Assembly: GCF_004010195.1 (NCBI RefSeq) | Contig: NC_057718.1 | Span: forward strand, 17,958,373 to 18,022,372 | Length of the DNA: 64,000 nucleotides | Source: Chiloscyllium plagiosum | Taxonomy: Eukaryota | Reading direction: 5' to 3' | Shown: in pieces, positions 26,061-37,838 of the stretch | How the letters are laid out: every line of letters starts with the position of its first letter | Numbering within the stretch: the stretch's first letter is position 1 | The notes under the pieces: model-generated | Seen by the model: the letters and a program-made list of their open reading frames with translations, nothing else | The model's database searches: none | Told to the model about the DNA's origin: nothing | Program-made: the position numbers and the translations under genes

Positions 26061-26404
26061 CCATCTTCTTTCAGCTATCTTACACCAACTCTATTTGTGA
26101 TACTGTACCCACCTCCCACCAAGGCTTTTGTTCTCCTATTCTCATTATTGCCTGCAACATCTTCCCTTGCTCACTAGTACCCACTCCAAATCCAACAACT
26201 GCTAATACTGCATGGCCTCTGCACTGTCTGTTCTCTAACTCAGGTCACCTCCCCATGTGCACCAAAAGAAACAGCTATGCCACCCAAATGCATTTCCAGT
26301 AATCCCTGCCTCTCTTTCATTCTCATCCCTGGTGGTGATATAGACCTTGCTGCACTTATCATGTAACTCTCCCACATTTCTTACCATAGCTATATATAGG
26401 TATA

Positions 26405-26990
26405 ACCCTATGAGAGTTAATGGAGGGATATAGACGGGTTAAGAGAATGGGGAAAATTTGGTGGATAGAATATAATGAGGGAAAGTGTGAGGTTATGTAC
26501 TTTGACAGGAAGTAAAGAGGAGATGAACATTGTTTAAATGAATGAAGACTGCAGAAAGCTGCAGTACAGGGATTTGGGGGTACCCATGAAATAATCTCTC
26601 AAAGCTGGCATCCAAGTTCAACAGGTAATAGGGAAAGCAGAAGGAATGTTGACCTTTATGTTGAAAGACATGGAGTACAATAATAAGGAGGTCTTGGTAA
26701 AACTAAGCCAAGAACTAGTGAGACTATAGCTGGAGCATCATGAGCTGTTTCGGTCCCCTTATATAAGGAAAGATGCTTTGATACTGGAGGCAGTCCAGAA
26801 GAGGTTTGTTATGTAAAATCTGTATCCTATGATCCTGCCCCAGTAGCTACCTGATGAAGGAGCAGTGCTTTGAAAGCTTGTACTTCCAAATAAACCTGTT
26901 AGTCTATAACCTGATGTTGTGAGTTTCAACTTTGTCCAATCCAGTCCAACACTGGCACCTCCACTTCATTAGGTTGAACCTAGTTATGCT
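26405..26990 (+). mobile_element. Old CR1 remnant containing a Penelope-derived hammerhead insert (26845-26963)
   Basis: AAGTGTGAGGTTATGTACTTTG...CTGGAGGCAGTCCAGAAGAGG; the insert carries TAC-CTGATGA-A-GGAGC-AGT-GCTTT-GAAA-GCTT-GTA at 26848-26882. Confidence 0.65.
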
Positions 26991-27248
26991 CCAGCTTTCT
27001 ATAAAACACTATTCAGGTTTTAGTGGCGTTCAACTTGCCACCCATAGTGAAAGGAAATCTGGTCCTGTCATCACTTTGTTGGAATCTTTATTCTTTGGTA
27101 TAAACAATGTCGTTAACACTTTGTTAAACTTTGTCTCTCAAAATTTCATGCTCCAGTTTTAATTTGAATTCGTTTGGTGAAACAAACAGATTGATGTGAT
27201 GGGTTCATCCATAACTCCAGTGCTCGTTGGACCCTTAGTCTGGCAAAG

Positions 27249-27364
27249 GGCCCTTCCTGAAGAAGGACCCTTCCTGAAGAAGGGCTCCTGCCCGAAACGT
27301 CGATTCTCCTCCTCCTTGGATGCTGCCTAACCTGCTGCGCTTTTCCAGCAACACATTTTCAGCT
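27249..27364 (+). mobile_element. 116-bp Penelope-derived mini-insertion with intact minimal hammerhead core
   Basis: 15-bp TSD CTTAGTCTGGCAAAG (27234-27248, 27365-27379); CTGAAGA-A-GGGC-TCCT-GCCC-GAAA-CGTC at 27274-27301. Confidence 0.85.
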
Positions 27365-28389
27365 CTTAGTCTGGCAAAGCCTTGTTCTTTCTTTAGCCAT
27401 TTTCTTAAAAGCTTCTCATCCTTGTTATAGAGTCTCTCTATCTATCTATGCTGTGTAAATTCTTCTGATCCACTATCTTTCAGATTTCCGTGCTCCTTCC
27501 ATTCTGACATGTTTTGCATCCCTGATTTGCTTCACTTCTCTGAAGGTGGACATGGCTTCAGCCTCCGTCACCCCTGGTGCCCCCTGCACCCACCACGCCC
27601 TTCCCTTGCTGTGAACACCTCGCTCTCTTTTTTTTTTTAAAAAAAAATCCTTAAATTCCTTCCCACTTAGATAAAGCATTTGATGAACAGCCCCAATATC
27701 TCCTTATACAACTGTGTTCAATTTTCTTTGATAACTCCTGTGAAAGCCTTGGGACATTTTGCCATGTTTGAAGTGCTGTGTTTTGATATAAGTGATTAGT
27801 TGTTGCTCCAGGAGAGCCATATGGTATTCATGTCAGCACAGGCATACACCTATTGCAGGATCGTGTGGATAGATAAGAGCTTTGGTTGGTTTAGTGCCTA
27901 AATGACTCCTACATGTGAAGTGATCCTTTCAGCCAGGACAGCGATGAGTTGAGAGTTGTGCAATTGCTGTCTGCTAGTTACCTAGCTGACCCCCTCTATC
28001 TTTTGTAGAGCAATCATTTGCAGGAGCACCTTGAGTTGAATGGGAAAGGGGTTTCTTTCTCTATTTACCACTGTGTTCTATTTTTTGTCCATTTTTCTAT
28101 TTACCCCTTGTCAGACCATCCAAACTGGAGTACATACTGAATTGGTAACTCCGTGACAGGGATCTCTCTGGTTGGCCTGCAGTTTTCTGGGGGGCTGCCC
28201 AATCATCAACAGTCCTGTAGACCTGCCTGGTTTGACTTGGTGCTGAATCTCCACTCAAAGGTGAGTTACATCTGAGACCTCTCCAGCAGCACAGAGAGCC
28301 TACTTATCTCCCCCTCTTCTTTTATTGTCTTTTTCCAAAAGCTTGCTTTCTTAGCGAGTTTTAAGATTTGTAGCTCAGGTTGCGGTTTT

Positions 28390-29237
28390 GGACGTAGGTT
28401 TGCTCAGAGTTGAAAGGTTCAATTCCAGACGTTTCGTTACCTTACTAGGTAACCTCTTTAGTGGACCTCCTGCTAAGTAATGCTGAAAATTTCTGCTTTC
28501 TATTTATATGTTTGGGTTTCTTTTGGGTTGGTGATGTCTTTTCCTGTGGTGAAGTCACTTCTTATTCCTTTTCTCAGGGGGTGGTAGATGGGGTCTAACT
28601 CGGTGTTTGTTGATAGAGTTCCGATAGCTACAGAAAGCCTAGCCACTCTCCCCTACATCAGACATCTCTGAAATGGCTGCCAGACTAGTCAGACCCTTTG
28701 GCATCATGGTAGCCCACAAACCCACCAACACACAAAACAACAGCTAATGAACTTGAAAGACCCTATACAGGCAATGAGCAAAACTAATGTCATTTACAAA
28801 ATACTGTGCAAGGACTGTATCAAACACTACATTGGACAAACAGGCAGAAAACTAGCCACCAGGATACATGAACACCAACTAGCCACAAAGACATGACCCT
28901 CTCTCACTAGTATCCTCCGATACAGATGAGGAAGGACACCACTTTGACTGGGACAATACGTCCATCCTAGGACAAGCCAAACCAAGACATGCATGGCATT
29001 CCAACTGGAACTCTATCAACAAAGAGTTAGACCCCCATCTACACCCCTTGAGAAAAGGAACAGGAAGTGACTTCACAGGAAGTGACCTCACCAACTCAAA
29101 GAAATCCAAACATATAAATAGAAAGCAGGAATTTTCAGCATTGTTTCACATGAGGTCCACTGAAGATGCTGCCTAGTAAGGTAATGAAACGTCTGGAAAT
29201 GAACCTTTTCAACTCAGTGAGCAAACCTACATCCAAA
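28390..29237 (+). mobile_element. Penelope-like element, GIY-YIG 3' end with inverted pseudo-LTR
   Basis: NVIYKILCKDCIKHYIGQTGRKLATRIHEHQLA at about 28786-28884; about 28390-28622 is the reverse complement of about 29007-29237; a hammerhead motif in each arm. Confidence 0.92.
29156..29197 (+). ncRNA. Minimal type I hammerhead ribozyme motif (PLE-type)
   Basis: Stem I TCCA/TGGA, core CTGAAGA(T), stem II GCTGCC/GGTAAT, GAAA, CG, TC; predicted cleavage after 29193. Confidence 0.7.
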
Positions 29238-30024
29238 GCTTGCTTGCTTTCTCCTCCCATGAGTGGAATATCAGCAGTTTGTTGATGTACAGGTGAGGAG
29301 CCTGACACAGCTGTTTTGGGAGTTCCTTGCCTTGTAGAAAAGTGAGCTTCATACAAGGTGTGTATAAGTTACATGGTTATGAAACAATCATTCTGGAATT
29401 CACAATGCATACAAAATGCAGATTATGGCCATACCTCTTGGGTAATTCCTGAGCTTCCCTTTATGAAGCATAAAAGTATAAACTATGAATTTAAATTTGA
29501 AATATGCTAATAAAATTAGCTGCCCATCACCAGGGGATGGGGAAACTGGAAGATATATTTTGGAGCTAATGAGAAACTTTACAGATGGTCTGAAACTTAC
29601 TGATCAATCATTTCTCATTGATTTTTGTGCATGCTCTGATGACAACACCATGTAAACTAGAGCCTTGGTACAGTTGGTAATTACATTTGGCAGACTGCAA
29701 TTTCCTGGGAGCTTGTATCAAAACTTGCAAGAAAATAATTAGAGCAGCCTTTAGTTCCTTAACCAGAGGTAACTGCTCACCAAACCTCCAATCCTGAACT
29801 TGCTCCTGCCTCCCTGAAATGAGACTGGGCCCTTTTTATGTCAAGGCTGCTCCACTGAGTTGGAAAGGATCCCAACTTGAGCTAACTGCCTCAGTCAAGA
29901 AAACTTGGCTTTTTACCTTGATGCAGATTATTTCTGACAAAGTTTCCATTTCCCACCTCTACATCAACTTAAACTTTTTTTTTGAGGCTTCTGTTCCCTT
30001 CAAGGCAGGACCACTTGTAAAATG

Positions 30025-30250
30025 AAGGTCAAGTCACCACAGCCCCACTGCACCATAGGGCTGCTTTCCCACTGGCGAGATGATTGGTGGTGGTGATTTA
30101 ACCTGAGGGTCATCATATCTGAGGTGAAAGAAAAGGTTGAGAAGGGGAGTCCTTCATAGTATGCTCAGCTGATGAGAGAATGGAAACCATGCTGTGGCAT
30201 GACTCTGCTTTAGAAACCATCCATCTGGTCAACTGAAATAACCAACCCCC
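30025..30250 (-). mobile_element. Degenerate tRNA-headed SINE
   Basis: Minus strand begins GGGGGTTGGTTATTTCAGTTGACCAGATGG...CAGCATGGTTTCCATTC (A/B-box-like). Confidence 0.45.
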
Positions 30251-30400
30251 TACTTTTAAAATATGATACTGATTATTGCATCGCAATGAGTGGTGTAAGT
30301 GTTGTTGAAAGCTGCTTAATTTTTACAAAATGTACGTTTCAAGATAATATTGAGGTTCTAAAATCTAAGCATTACTCTTAAAAACCTACTCTCTCCACAG

Positions 30401-30539
30401 GGAGCTACTTTAATTGGTCTCTTTCCATTCATGTTGCACTGCGTCAAAGAAATGACATTAGCCAAAGTGGGTGTGTTGGTGAGATTAGCTTCCCTTGTGC
30501 TGCTGGGCTTTTCCACACAAGCTTGGATGGTATTTCTGA
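30401..30539 (+). CDS. Internal coding exon of the SLC46-family transporter
   Basis: Acceptor ctctctccacAG, donor GTAAGT at 30540; 139 nt, phase 0 to 1, compatible with both neighbours. Encodes GATLIGLFPFMLHCVKEMTLAKVGVLVRLASLVLLGFSTQAWMVFL, hydrophobic and colinear with SLC46A1 [45 protein letters not shown]. Confidence 0.9.
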
Positions 30540-32489
30540 GTAAGTAAACATTCTAAAGCCAAAGTCTGGAAATTATTGTGTGCTATACAATCATATTGAC
30601 ATATTTGTGCCAAATTCCTCTGTCCTCATTATTCTGACTGAACAATTGATGCTTTTGAATTTCACTTTACAGTCTTCCATGCTAAAGTGGCAGGCAAAGC
30701 AATTTGATTAACGCATTAAACATTCATGACAATAATATTGTCCAGTGTATTTTCAGAATTTGGATTGCCATGCTTAAATTGTACTTGTAGACAGTAACCT
30801 CTGTTAGCAATATCTGACATATTTGATATTTGTTATTGCAAATGACCCATTTGCAAAAATTGAAACCGATTGAAATGTAGCTACTGGAAATGTTAACTGC
30901 TTTTAAACGTTAAAATTGTTTTTGCACAATTTGTTAGATTTCCTTTTTATTCCTAATTATACAAACCTATATCACCATTGTAAAAGTTAATACCAACTGA
31001 TCCATTTAAGGTCAGTTACCTGTTCATTTTGTTGATCTGTCTGTTGATGTGTTGAATGTTATTGCCGATCCTCCCCTTGATTTCAAAAGCGCAAAAGTGA
31101 AAGATGTTCCATTATTCATTTGCTGTCTGTGAACCTTCACCCTAATGAGCAAGCAGCATTTTTGATGTATTCAGTGGGTGAAGGCTTCAGCAATGTTAAA
31201 GAACTAGACAGTGGGGAATAGTTGGAAAGACAGCTTATTCCTCACATATGAAAAGTCTTTACTTTTAAAGCCTAATTTGACACTGCAAATTTAAAACCAA
31301 ATAGAGGTTGGCTAATTGTATTGAGGTAGTGTCATGCATTAAATAGAAGTGCTTTGGAATCCTGGGATTTCCCTTTATAAAATCCCTCTGTACAAATGGT
31401 TATTAAGCGTAGAGAAATGTTAATGGCTGTCTCACTAATAAGTTGGCTTTGCTTGTCTGTTCCAATAACTCAAATCTGGTGTGAGATTTTTTTTTAAACA
31501 GGATAAATTGCAGATTAGCCTTGCATATTACTTTTCTCCTGTTAAAGAGAGATACAGATATGGAGAATAAAGGTAAATTGTTTTCATAGATTCTTTTAAA
31601 TTTCATTCATTTGCTTTTGCAGAATGTGCACCCCACCATCCTCCAGGTAATTCAGGAGAAGGGTTTACCCAAGTAACTGGAATACAGCACTTTGGAATAA
31701 TGCCCAGTGTAGTGGACTGCAGCTGATCAGTGTGCATCCGTTTTGAGATTGTACAAGATAGCAACATGAAACGAGCAAAGACCTTCGGTGATATGTGTGG
31801 TTAAGGAAGCATGGGTGTCTGAGATGGAAAGTGGGAGAACTAAGCTTGTTTAGTACTGGGCATTTAAAACTATAAGAATACAGTAATGGCATTAGGGGAG
31901 AACAGAAATAACTTTAAAGGGTAAGTGAATAATTATCTAAAAGATATGCTGGCATTGGAGGCAGTCCAGAGAAGGTACAGTAGGCTGAGACCTTGTATGT
32001 AAGTCTTTCTTTTGAGTGCAGGTTGCTAGTTGGGCCTGTACTCATTGGAATTTGGAAGAATGAGAGGCAACCTAATTGAAACGCAAGATTTTTAATGGGC
32101 TTTGACAGGGTAGCTATGGATAGTTTGTTTCCCTTGTGGGAGAGTCTCTGGCTAGAGGGCATAATCTCAGTGTAAAGAATCATACATTTAAGACACATGA
32201 AGAAATTTTGGAATTGAACATGATCAGATCAGCCATGGTTGTATTGTTTTGATTTGATTTATTACTGTCACATGTACTGAGGTACAGTGAAAAGTGTTAT
32301 CTTGCCTGCTTTGCAGGCAGATCATACTAGACAAGTGCATTAGGGTAACAGAACAGAGTACAGGATAGATGCAGCTGCAGAAAAGGTGCAGAGAAAGGTC
32401 TACATTAACATTTAACAGGTCCATTCAAAAGTCTGATAACAATGAGGAAGAAGCTGTTCTTGAATCTGTTCATATGTGTATTCCAACTT

Positions 32490-33833
32490 TTAAAAACGTA
32501 TTTTTATTTTAAAGAAATTTTTTCTTTTGAATATTACAACAAATACAAAACCAAACAATTCAACCCAATATTTAAAAAAATGCTAATTTCATTAATACTA
32601 ACTAATAACCAAGCTACAAAAGGAAAATTTTGACAATAATAATAATGATAACAGCCATAACACAGCTCAGCAAAACAAAGTGATAGCCCTTGACCATCAA
32701 GCACTTGCATTTATACTTATTCATATGTTCGTAGCTTCTCTCCTCTGGATACCAAACCCATTAGTTAGAATTGCCATGGCTATATAAAAGCACTTATTAG
32801 TACGGCAGACAAATCTGTACCCAGATAATCCGAAAAGGGCCACCACGTCTTATAGGAGAAAGTGAGGACTGCAGATGCTGGAGATCAGAGCTGAAAATGT
32901 GTTGCTGGAAAAGCACAGCAGGTCAGGCAGCATCCAAGGAGCAGGAGAATCGACATTTCGGGCATGAGCCCTGAAGAAGGGTTCATGCCTGAAACGTCGA
33001 TTCTCCTGCTCCTTGGATGCTGCCTGACCTGCTGTGCTTTGCCAGCAACACATTTTCAGCGCCACGTCTTATAGACATTCTCCGTTTTATGTTGCACCAT
33101 ACTCGTCAGAAAATCAAAGGAGATGTGCTCCATGACTAGTTTACACCAGCCCCGGGGGATTGTCCAACACCCAACCCAATAGAATGTTCTTTCTGGCACA
33201 AAGTGAGGATACTGAAAAGGTTTTTCTTGTGCGCATCTAATGAAAGAGCGGGTCCATCTCCTCCACCACCCACAAGACTTTCTCTATTTTGCCTGCCACA
33301 GCACTCTAGTATGCCCGCAGTCTGTGGCAGGACCAAAGACTATGACTAAGCGTGCCCATGCTCAGTTTATATTTAGGACACATTGAAGATGCTCCTGCTT
33401 TAAATTTAACAAGGTGGTCTGGGGCTGTTAGACCCTTCAGAAAATGTGAAATTGCAAGGCATGGGTCCTGTTGCAAATAGAGATCCTTCTTGCATTTTCT
33501 CAGACATTCTCTCTCCTTCCCCCCCCCCCCCCCCCCCCCATATTTCAAAAGAGATCTCAACGTCCAAGTCCCTCTCCCATAACCTATGAAGCCGTTCGGT
33601 CTCATCCGAGGGGCCCCTCCCAATAGATGATGAGTGTAGCTAACAGATAATGCACCCACAGCAATCAACACTCTCTCTTCTCCATATGGACCTATAAAGA
33701 TCGGTTAGAAGTGTGGTCACTTTCTGTATGAAGTTACTAATTGAAAGAAATGAGAGGTCCCTATTGGGCAATTCATATTTTTGAGTCCACTCGTCAAAAG
33801 ACATCTGTATCTCCCCTCTGATTAAATCACCCA
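32490..33833 (-). mobile_element. L1-clade LINE 3' fragment
   Basis: 12-bp TSD GTATTCCAACTT (32478-32489, 33834-33845); minus-strand CPKYKLSMGTLSHSLWSCHRLRAY (decayed ORF2 C-terminal CCHC motif); A-rich 3' end with AATAAA. Confidence 0.75.
32856..33061. mobile_element. Palindromic Penelope-derived mini-element with hammerhead core
   Basis: 13-bp TSD CCACGTCTTATAG (32843-32855, 33062-33074); arms of about 80 bp, 32890-32971 and 32979-33060; CTGAAGA at 32971, GAAACGTC at 32991. Confidence 0.9.
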
Positions 33834-34529
33834 GTATTCCAACTTGTATATTTTCTGCTCAATGGAAGATGATGGAAGAGAGTGTAACCTGGTGGAAGGG
33901 GTCTTTGTTTATATTGGTTGCTTTCCAAAGCAGGGGGAAGTATAGATGAAGTCCATGTATGGGAGGCTGCTATATGTGATGGACTGAGCAATGTTCACAA
34001 CTCTGTAGTTTCTTTATGGTCTTGGGAGACCAGTTGCCATACCACGTTGTCATGTGAGCAGACAGTATACTTTAGATGGTGCAATTATAAAAGAATTGTA
34101 AGAATCCTTATGGACATGCTCAATTTATTTTGATTCCTGAGGTAGAGGCATTGTTGTGCTTTCGTGACCATAGTGTCAATATTGGTGGACCAGGACAGAT
34201 TGGTGGTGATCACTCTGAGGAACTTGACGCTTTTGTTCATCTTTGCCTCAGCACTATGGAGTTGGTGTGGAATTTGGCCACACTTTCATCTGTGTATAAG
34301 GAGTATTGTAGAGGGCTGAGTACGCAGCCCTGCAGGGCACAGGTATTGAGGATTATAGTGGAGGAGGTGTTGTCGCCTCTCCTTACTAACTGCATTTGTT
34401 GGTCAGGAAGTTGAGGTGAGTTTAGAGATGATTTTGTTTGGAATTATGGCGTTTGAATGGTGGAGCGTTGGGCTGAATGGCCTATTTCTCTTCCTATGTC
34501 TTATGGTCTTATGATACCATCCTAAAAAC

Positions 34530-35140
34530 ATGAATAGAATTTAGGAGCAGGAGTGGGCCATTTGGTCCTTCAAACCTATTCTGCCATTTAATGATTGTGT
34601 GGCTGATCCTCTCTCTCAAGGTTACCACTTCCTTCCCATATTGCTGGATGCCTTTAAAATTAAAAAAAAAATCTTTTCCTCGAATATGTTCGGTGACTTG
34701 GCATCTACAGCTTTCTGCAGTAGAGAATCCCAGGTTTGCATGCCTCACCCCATATCCTGACACTCCATCCCCTGGTTCTGGACTGACTTAGCCGGGGAAA
34801 ACTTCCTCCCTGTATCTAGTCAGTTAAGCCTTGTTAGAATTTGATACATTTTGATCAGGTCCCTTCTCATCCTTCCAAAGTCTCATGAATATAAGACCAG
34901 TTGAATCAATGTCTTCTCACATAGACCTGACATCAGCTCTAGTGAACCTTTGCTGCACTCCCTCAAATCAGGAGACAGAAAACTGCATGTTGTACTCCAA
35001 GTGATGTCTCAGCAAAACCCTGTATAACTACAGTAAGACATTGCTCCTTCTGAGCTCACCCTTTTGAAATGAAGGCCAATGTACCAATTGTTATCTTAAT
35101 TGCTTGCTGCACCTGTCTGTCTACTTTAATTGACTGGTGG
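34530..35140 (-). mobile_element. Old CR1 3' fragment
   Basis: AGGAGCAGGAGTGGGCCATTTGGTCCTTC tail and GTGAACCTTTGCTGCACTCC...AACTGCATGTTGTACTCCAAG (reverse of LEYxxQF). Confidence 0.65.
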
Positions 35141-35365
35141 GCGAAGACCGACAAATTAGTTTGTCCATCCATTGTAGTCTATTCTGATGTCCCCTTTTCA
35201 GAAAGAACTGAATAGGAGGAGGATTTGGAACTTACGGTCACTAATTTCTTTTTCCTTTTCTGTAGTTTCCTAGTTGTAGCCCATGATTCCCACTCTGTTT
35301 GAAATCAATTAACACAGAACAGACCTGGAGCTGGAGCTAAACCTAAATGTTCCCAGGTTTGTATA

Positions 35366-35658
35366 GATTAGATACCCCACTATGGAAACAGGCCATTTGG
35401 TCCAACATATCCACACCGAACCTCCAAAGAGTAACCCACCCAGACCCATTCCCCTAACCTATATTTACCCCTGATTAATGCACCTAATACTATGGCCAAT
35501 TCACCTGACCTGCGCATCTTTGGACTGTGGAGGAAACCGGAGCGCCCGGAGGAAACCCAAGCAGACACTGGGAGAATGCGCAAACTCTACACAGAGGCAG
35601 GAATCGAACCCGGGTCCCTGGTGCTGTGAGGCAGCAGTGCTAACCACCGTGCCACCCC
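35366..35658 (-). mobile_element. HE1-type V-SINE
   Basis: Reverse-complement tRNA head (GGAATCGAACCC, CTAACCACCGTGCCACC) and V-domain. Confidence 0.9.
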
Positions 35659-36910
35659 ATATAATGCTGTATCAGAACATTGCTATGTTGTTTCCCCTCA
35701 AACTCTTTGTGGAACAATTAGGAATCAATGATTTCCTCTGCTTAAAACTAGGTTTGAACGTTTGCTGGGAAAGGTTGATGGTTATTTATTAAATACTGCA
35801 TAAATAAAAAAAATGCTAACAGCATCTTGAAGGACTAGATAGGAACACTGATAAGGTGTTGATCTGACTTTGTCCTGAACTCATTCACCTGCTGGTGCTC
35901 CAGTATCCCCTGACTGTCTTGTCTTGTACATCAAACATCAATTCAACCCTGAATAAATTCAATCTCATCCCTTCGCTACTTTCAGGGGAAGAAAATTCAA
36001 CTAACAATGCTCTGATAGTGGGGGGAGAAAAACCACCTCCCTTCCATCTTATTCCTATTAAAGTTGCATTGGGAGTGAAAGTAATCAAGGAAAAGTGGGA
36101 ATGGTGCTAACAGCAGTGTGTCAATGCTTCTGTAAAATCAAAGCTAATAATGTCATATACAGAAATCATCAGTTACCCTCATACTTATATTCTAGAGTAC
36201 CTATAAGGATGGGAATGAGCATTCCATCTTAAAACTCATTCCACTACAAATGGAACATTGAGTATTTTTCTGTCCTAGACCTTCCTTCTGTAGTGCTTCC
36301 TCCTCCAGTAAGTTTGCTTTTTATTTCATTCTTTTGAATTAGCAGATGTGTTTCTCCTTTAAAAATAGCATCCCAGTTCCAGCTGATTAAGTTATGGGGG
36401 GGCAGTGATATTTTACATCAAGGGATTAGAGCAGTTGAATGTGCAAACAATTGTTTGCACAAGCTCAGATTTATTTTGCGCATTCTTGGCATCATTGCAG
36501 TCAACCTCCAGATATAAACTTGGTCGAACAATTTAGAACTCTATCAGAATTTTTCCCCTGTTGTGCAATTGGAACATAAAGCGTTATTACATTTATTTTC
36601 CTAAATCTTTAAAGCCATTTCGTTCTGAAGAGGAGCGGTGAAATATCAGTAACTTAAAGGATATGTGCAAACTGGGAGTCCTGAAATAAACAGTCTGTAA
36701 TATATCTGTTATTTCTCATTAATTTGCCCATTAATCTAAGCTTTTAAAATTAACTTTTATGACACAGACAAGATTCCTAATTTGCTATAGTTCAAGACGG
36801 GTTACCTCCAAATCGCTCAGCTTCTGGGTCAGGAAAGAGGATCTGTCTCTTAATCTTGAGAGAGCCAGGATTTTAGTTAGAACACCCTTTTTTTTTTTTG
36901 TCATTTTTAT

Positions 36911-37838
36911 AAAACCATTTGGATGTGAGCATAAGAGGTATAGTTAGTAAGTTTGCAGATGACACCAAAATTGGAGGTATACTGGACAGCGAAGAGGGTT
37001 ACCTCAGATTACAACAGGATCTTGACCAGATGGGCCAGTGGGTCGAGGTGTGATAGATGGAGATTAATTTAGATAAATGAGGTGCTGCATTTTGGAAAAG
37101 CAAATCAGGGCAGGACTTAAACACTTAATGGTAAGGTCCTGGGGAGTGTTGCTGAACAAAAAGACCTTGGAGTGCAGGTTCATAGCTCCTCTAAAGTGGA
37201 GACATAAGTAGATAGGATAGTGAAGAAGGTATTTGCTATGCTTTCCTTTATTGGTCAGAGCATTGTGTGTAGGAGTTGGGAAGTAATGTTGCGGATGTAT
37301 AGGACATTGGTTAGGCCACTTTTGGAATATCGTGTGTGGTTCTGGTCTCCTTCCTATTGGAAGGATGTTATGTAACTTGAAAGGGCTCAGAAAAGCTTTA
37401 CGAGAATGTTGCCAGGATTGGAGGATTTGAGCTATAGGGAGAGGCTGAATAGGCTGGAGCTGTTTTCCTTGTAGCATCAGAGGCTGAGGGGTGACCTTTG
37501 TAGAGGTTGATAAAATCATGAGGGGCATGGATATGGTAACAACATAAGGTCTTTTCTCCTTGGGTGGGGGATTCCAGAACTAGAGGGTATATGTTTAGGA
37601 CGAGAGGGGAAAGATATAAGGACCTAAGGGGCAATATTTTCATGCAGAAGGTGGTGCATGTGTGGAATGAACTGCCAGAGGAAGTGGTGGAGGCTGGTAC
37701 AATTACAGCATTTAAAAGGCATCTAGGAAGGGTTTAGACCAAGTGCTGGCAAATGGGATTAGATTAGGTTAGGTTAGGATATATGGTCAGCATTGGACCA
37801 AAGGATCTGTTTCTGTGCTTTATATCTCTGACTCTGAC
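36911..37838 (+). mobile_element. CR1/HER1-type LINE 3' fragment
   Basis: AAGTTTGCAGATGACACCAAAATTGGAGG (KFADDTKIGG) through the 3' UTR ending TCTCTGACTCTGACT; highly similar to 24920-25863. Confidence 0.92.

Larger units (their letters stand above)
32247..34450 (-). mobile_element. Rex1/Babar-like LINE fragment, interrupted at 32490-33833
   Basis: Minus strand STIILNTCALQGCVLSPLQYSLYT (about 34290-34365), similar to the TGAPQGCVLSPLLYSLYT motif; (TTTGA)n tail at 32247. Confidence 0.7.
31940..34515 (+). mobile_element. CR1 3' fragment split by nested insertions (31940-32246 and 34452-34515)
   Basis: GGCATTGGAGGCAGTCCAGAGAAGG...GATCAGCCATGGTTGTATTG | TTGAATGGTGGAGC...GAATGGCCTATTTCTCTTCCTATGTCTTATGGTCTTATG; same tail as 20880-20961. 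Confidence 0.75.

Noticed and set aside
27234..27379. CRISPR-like repeat-spacer structure or any prokaryotic system
   Set aside because: Only isolated direct-repeat pairs (TSDs); no regular array and no cas or operon-like genes; the context is a spliced vertebrate gene.
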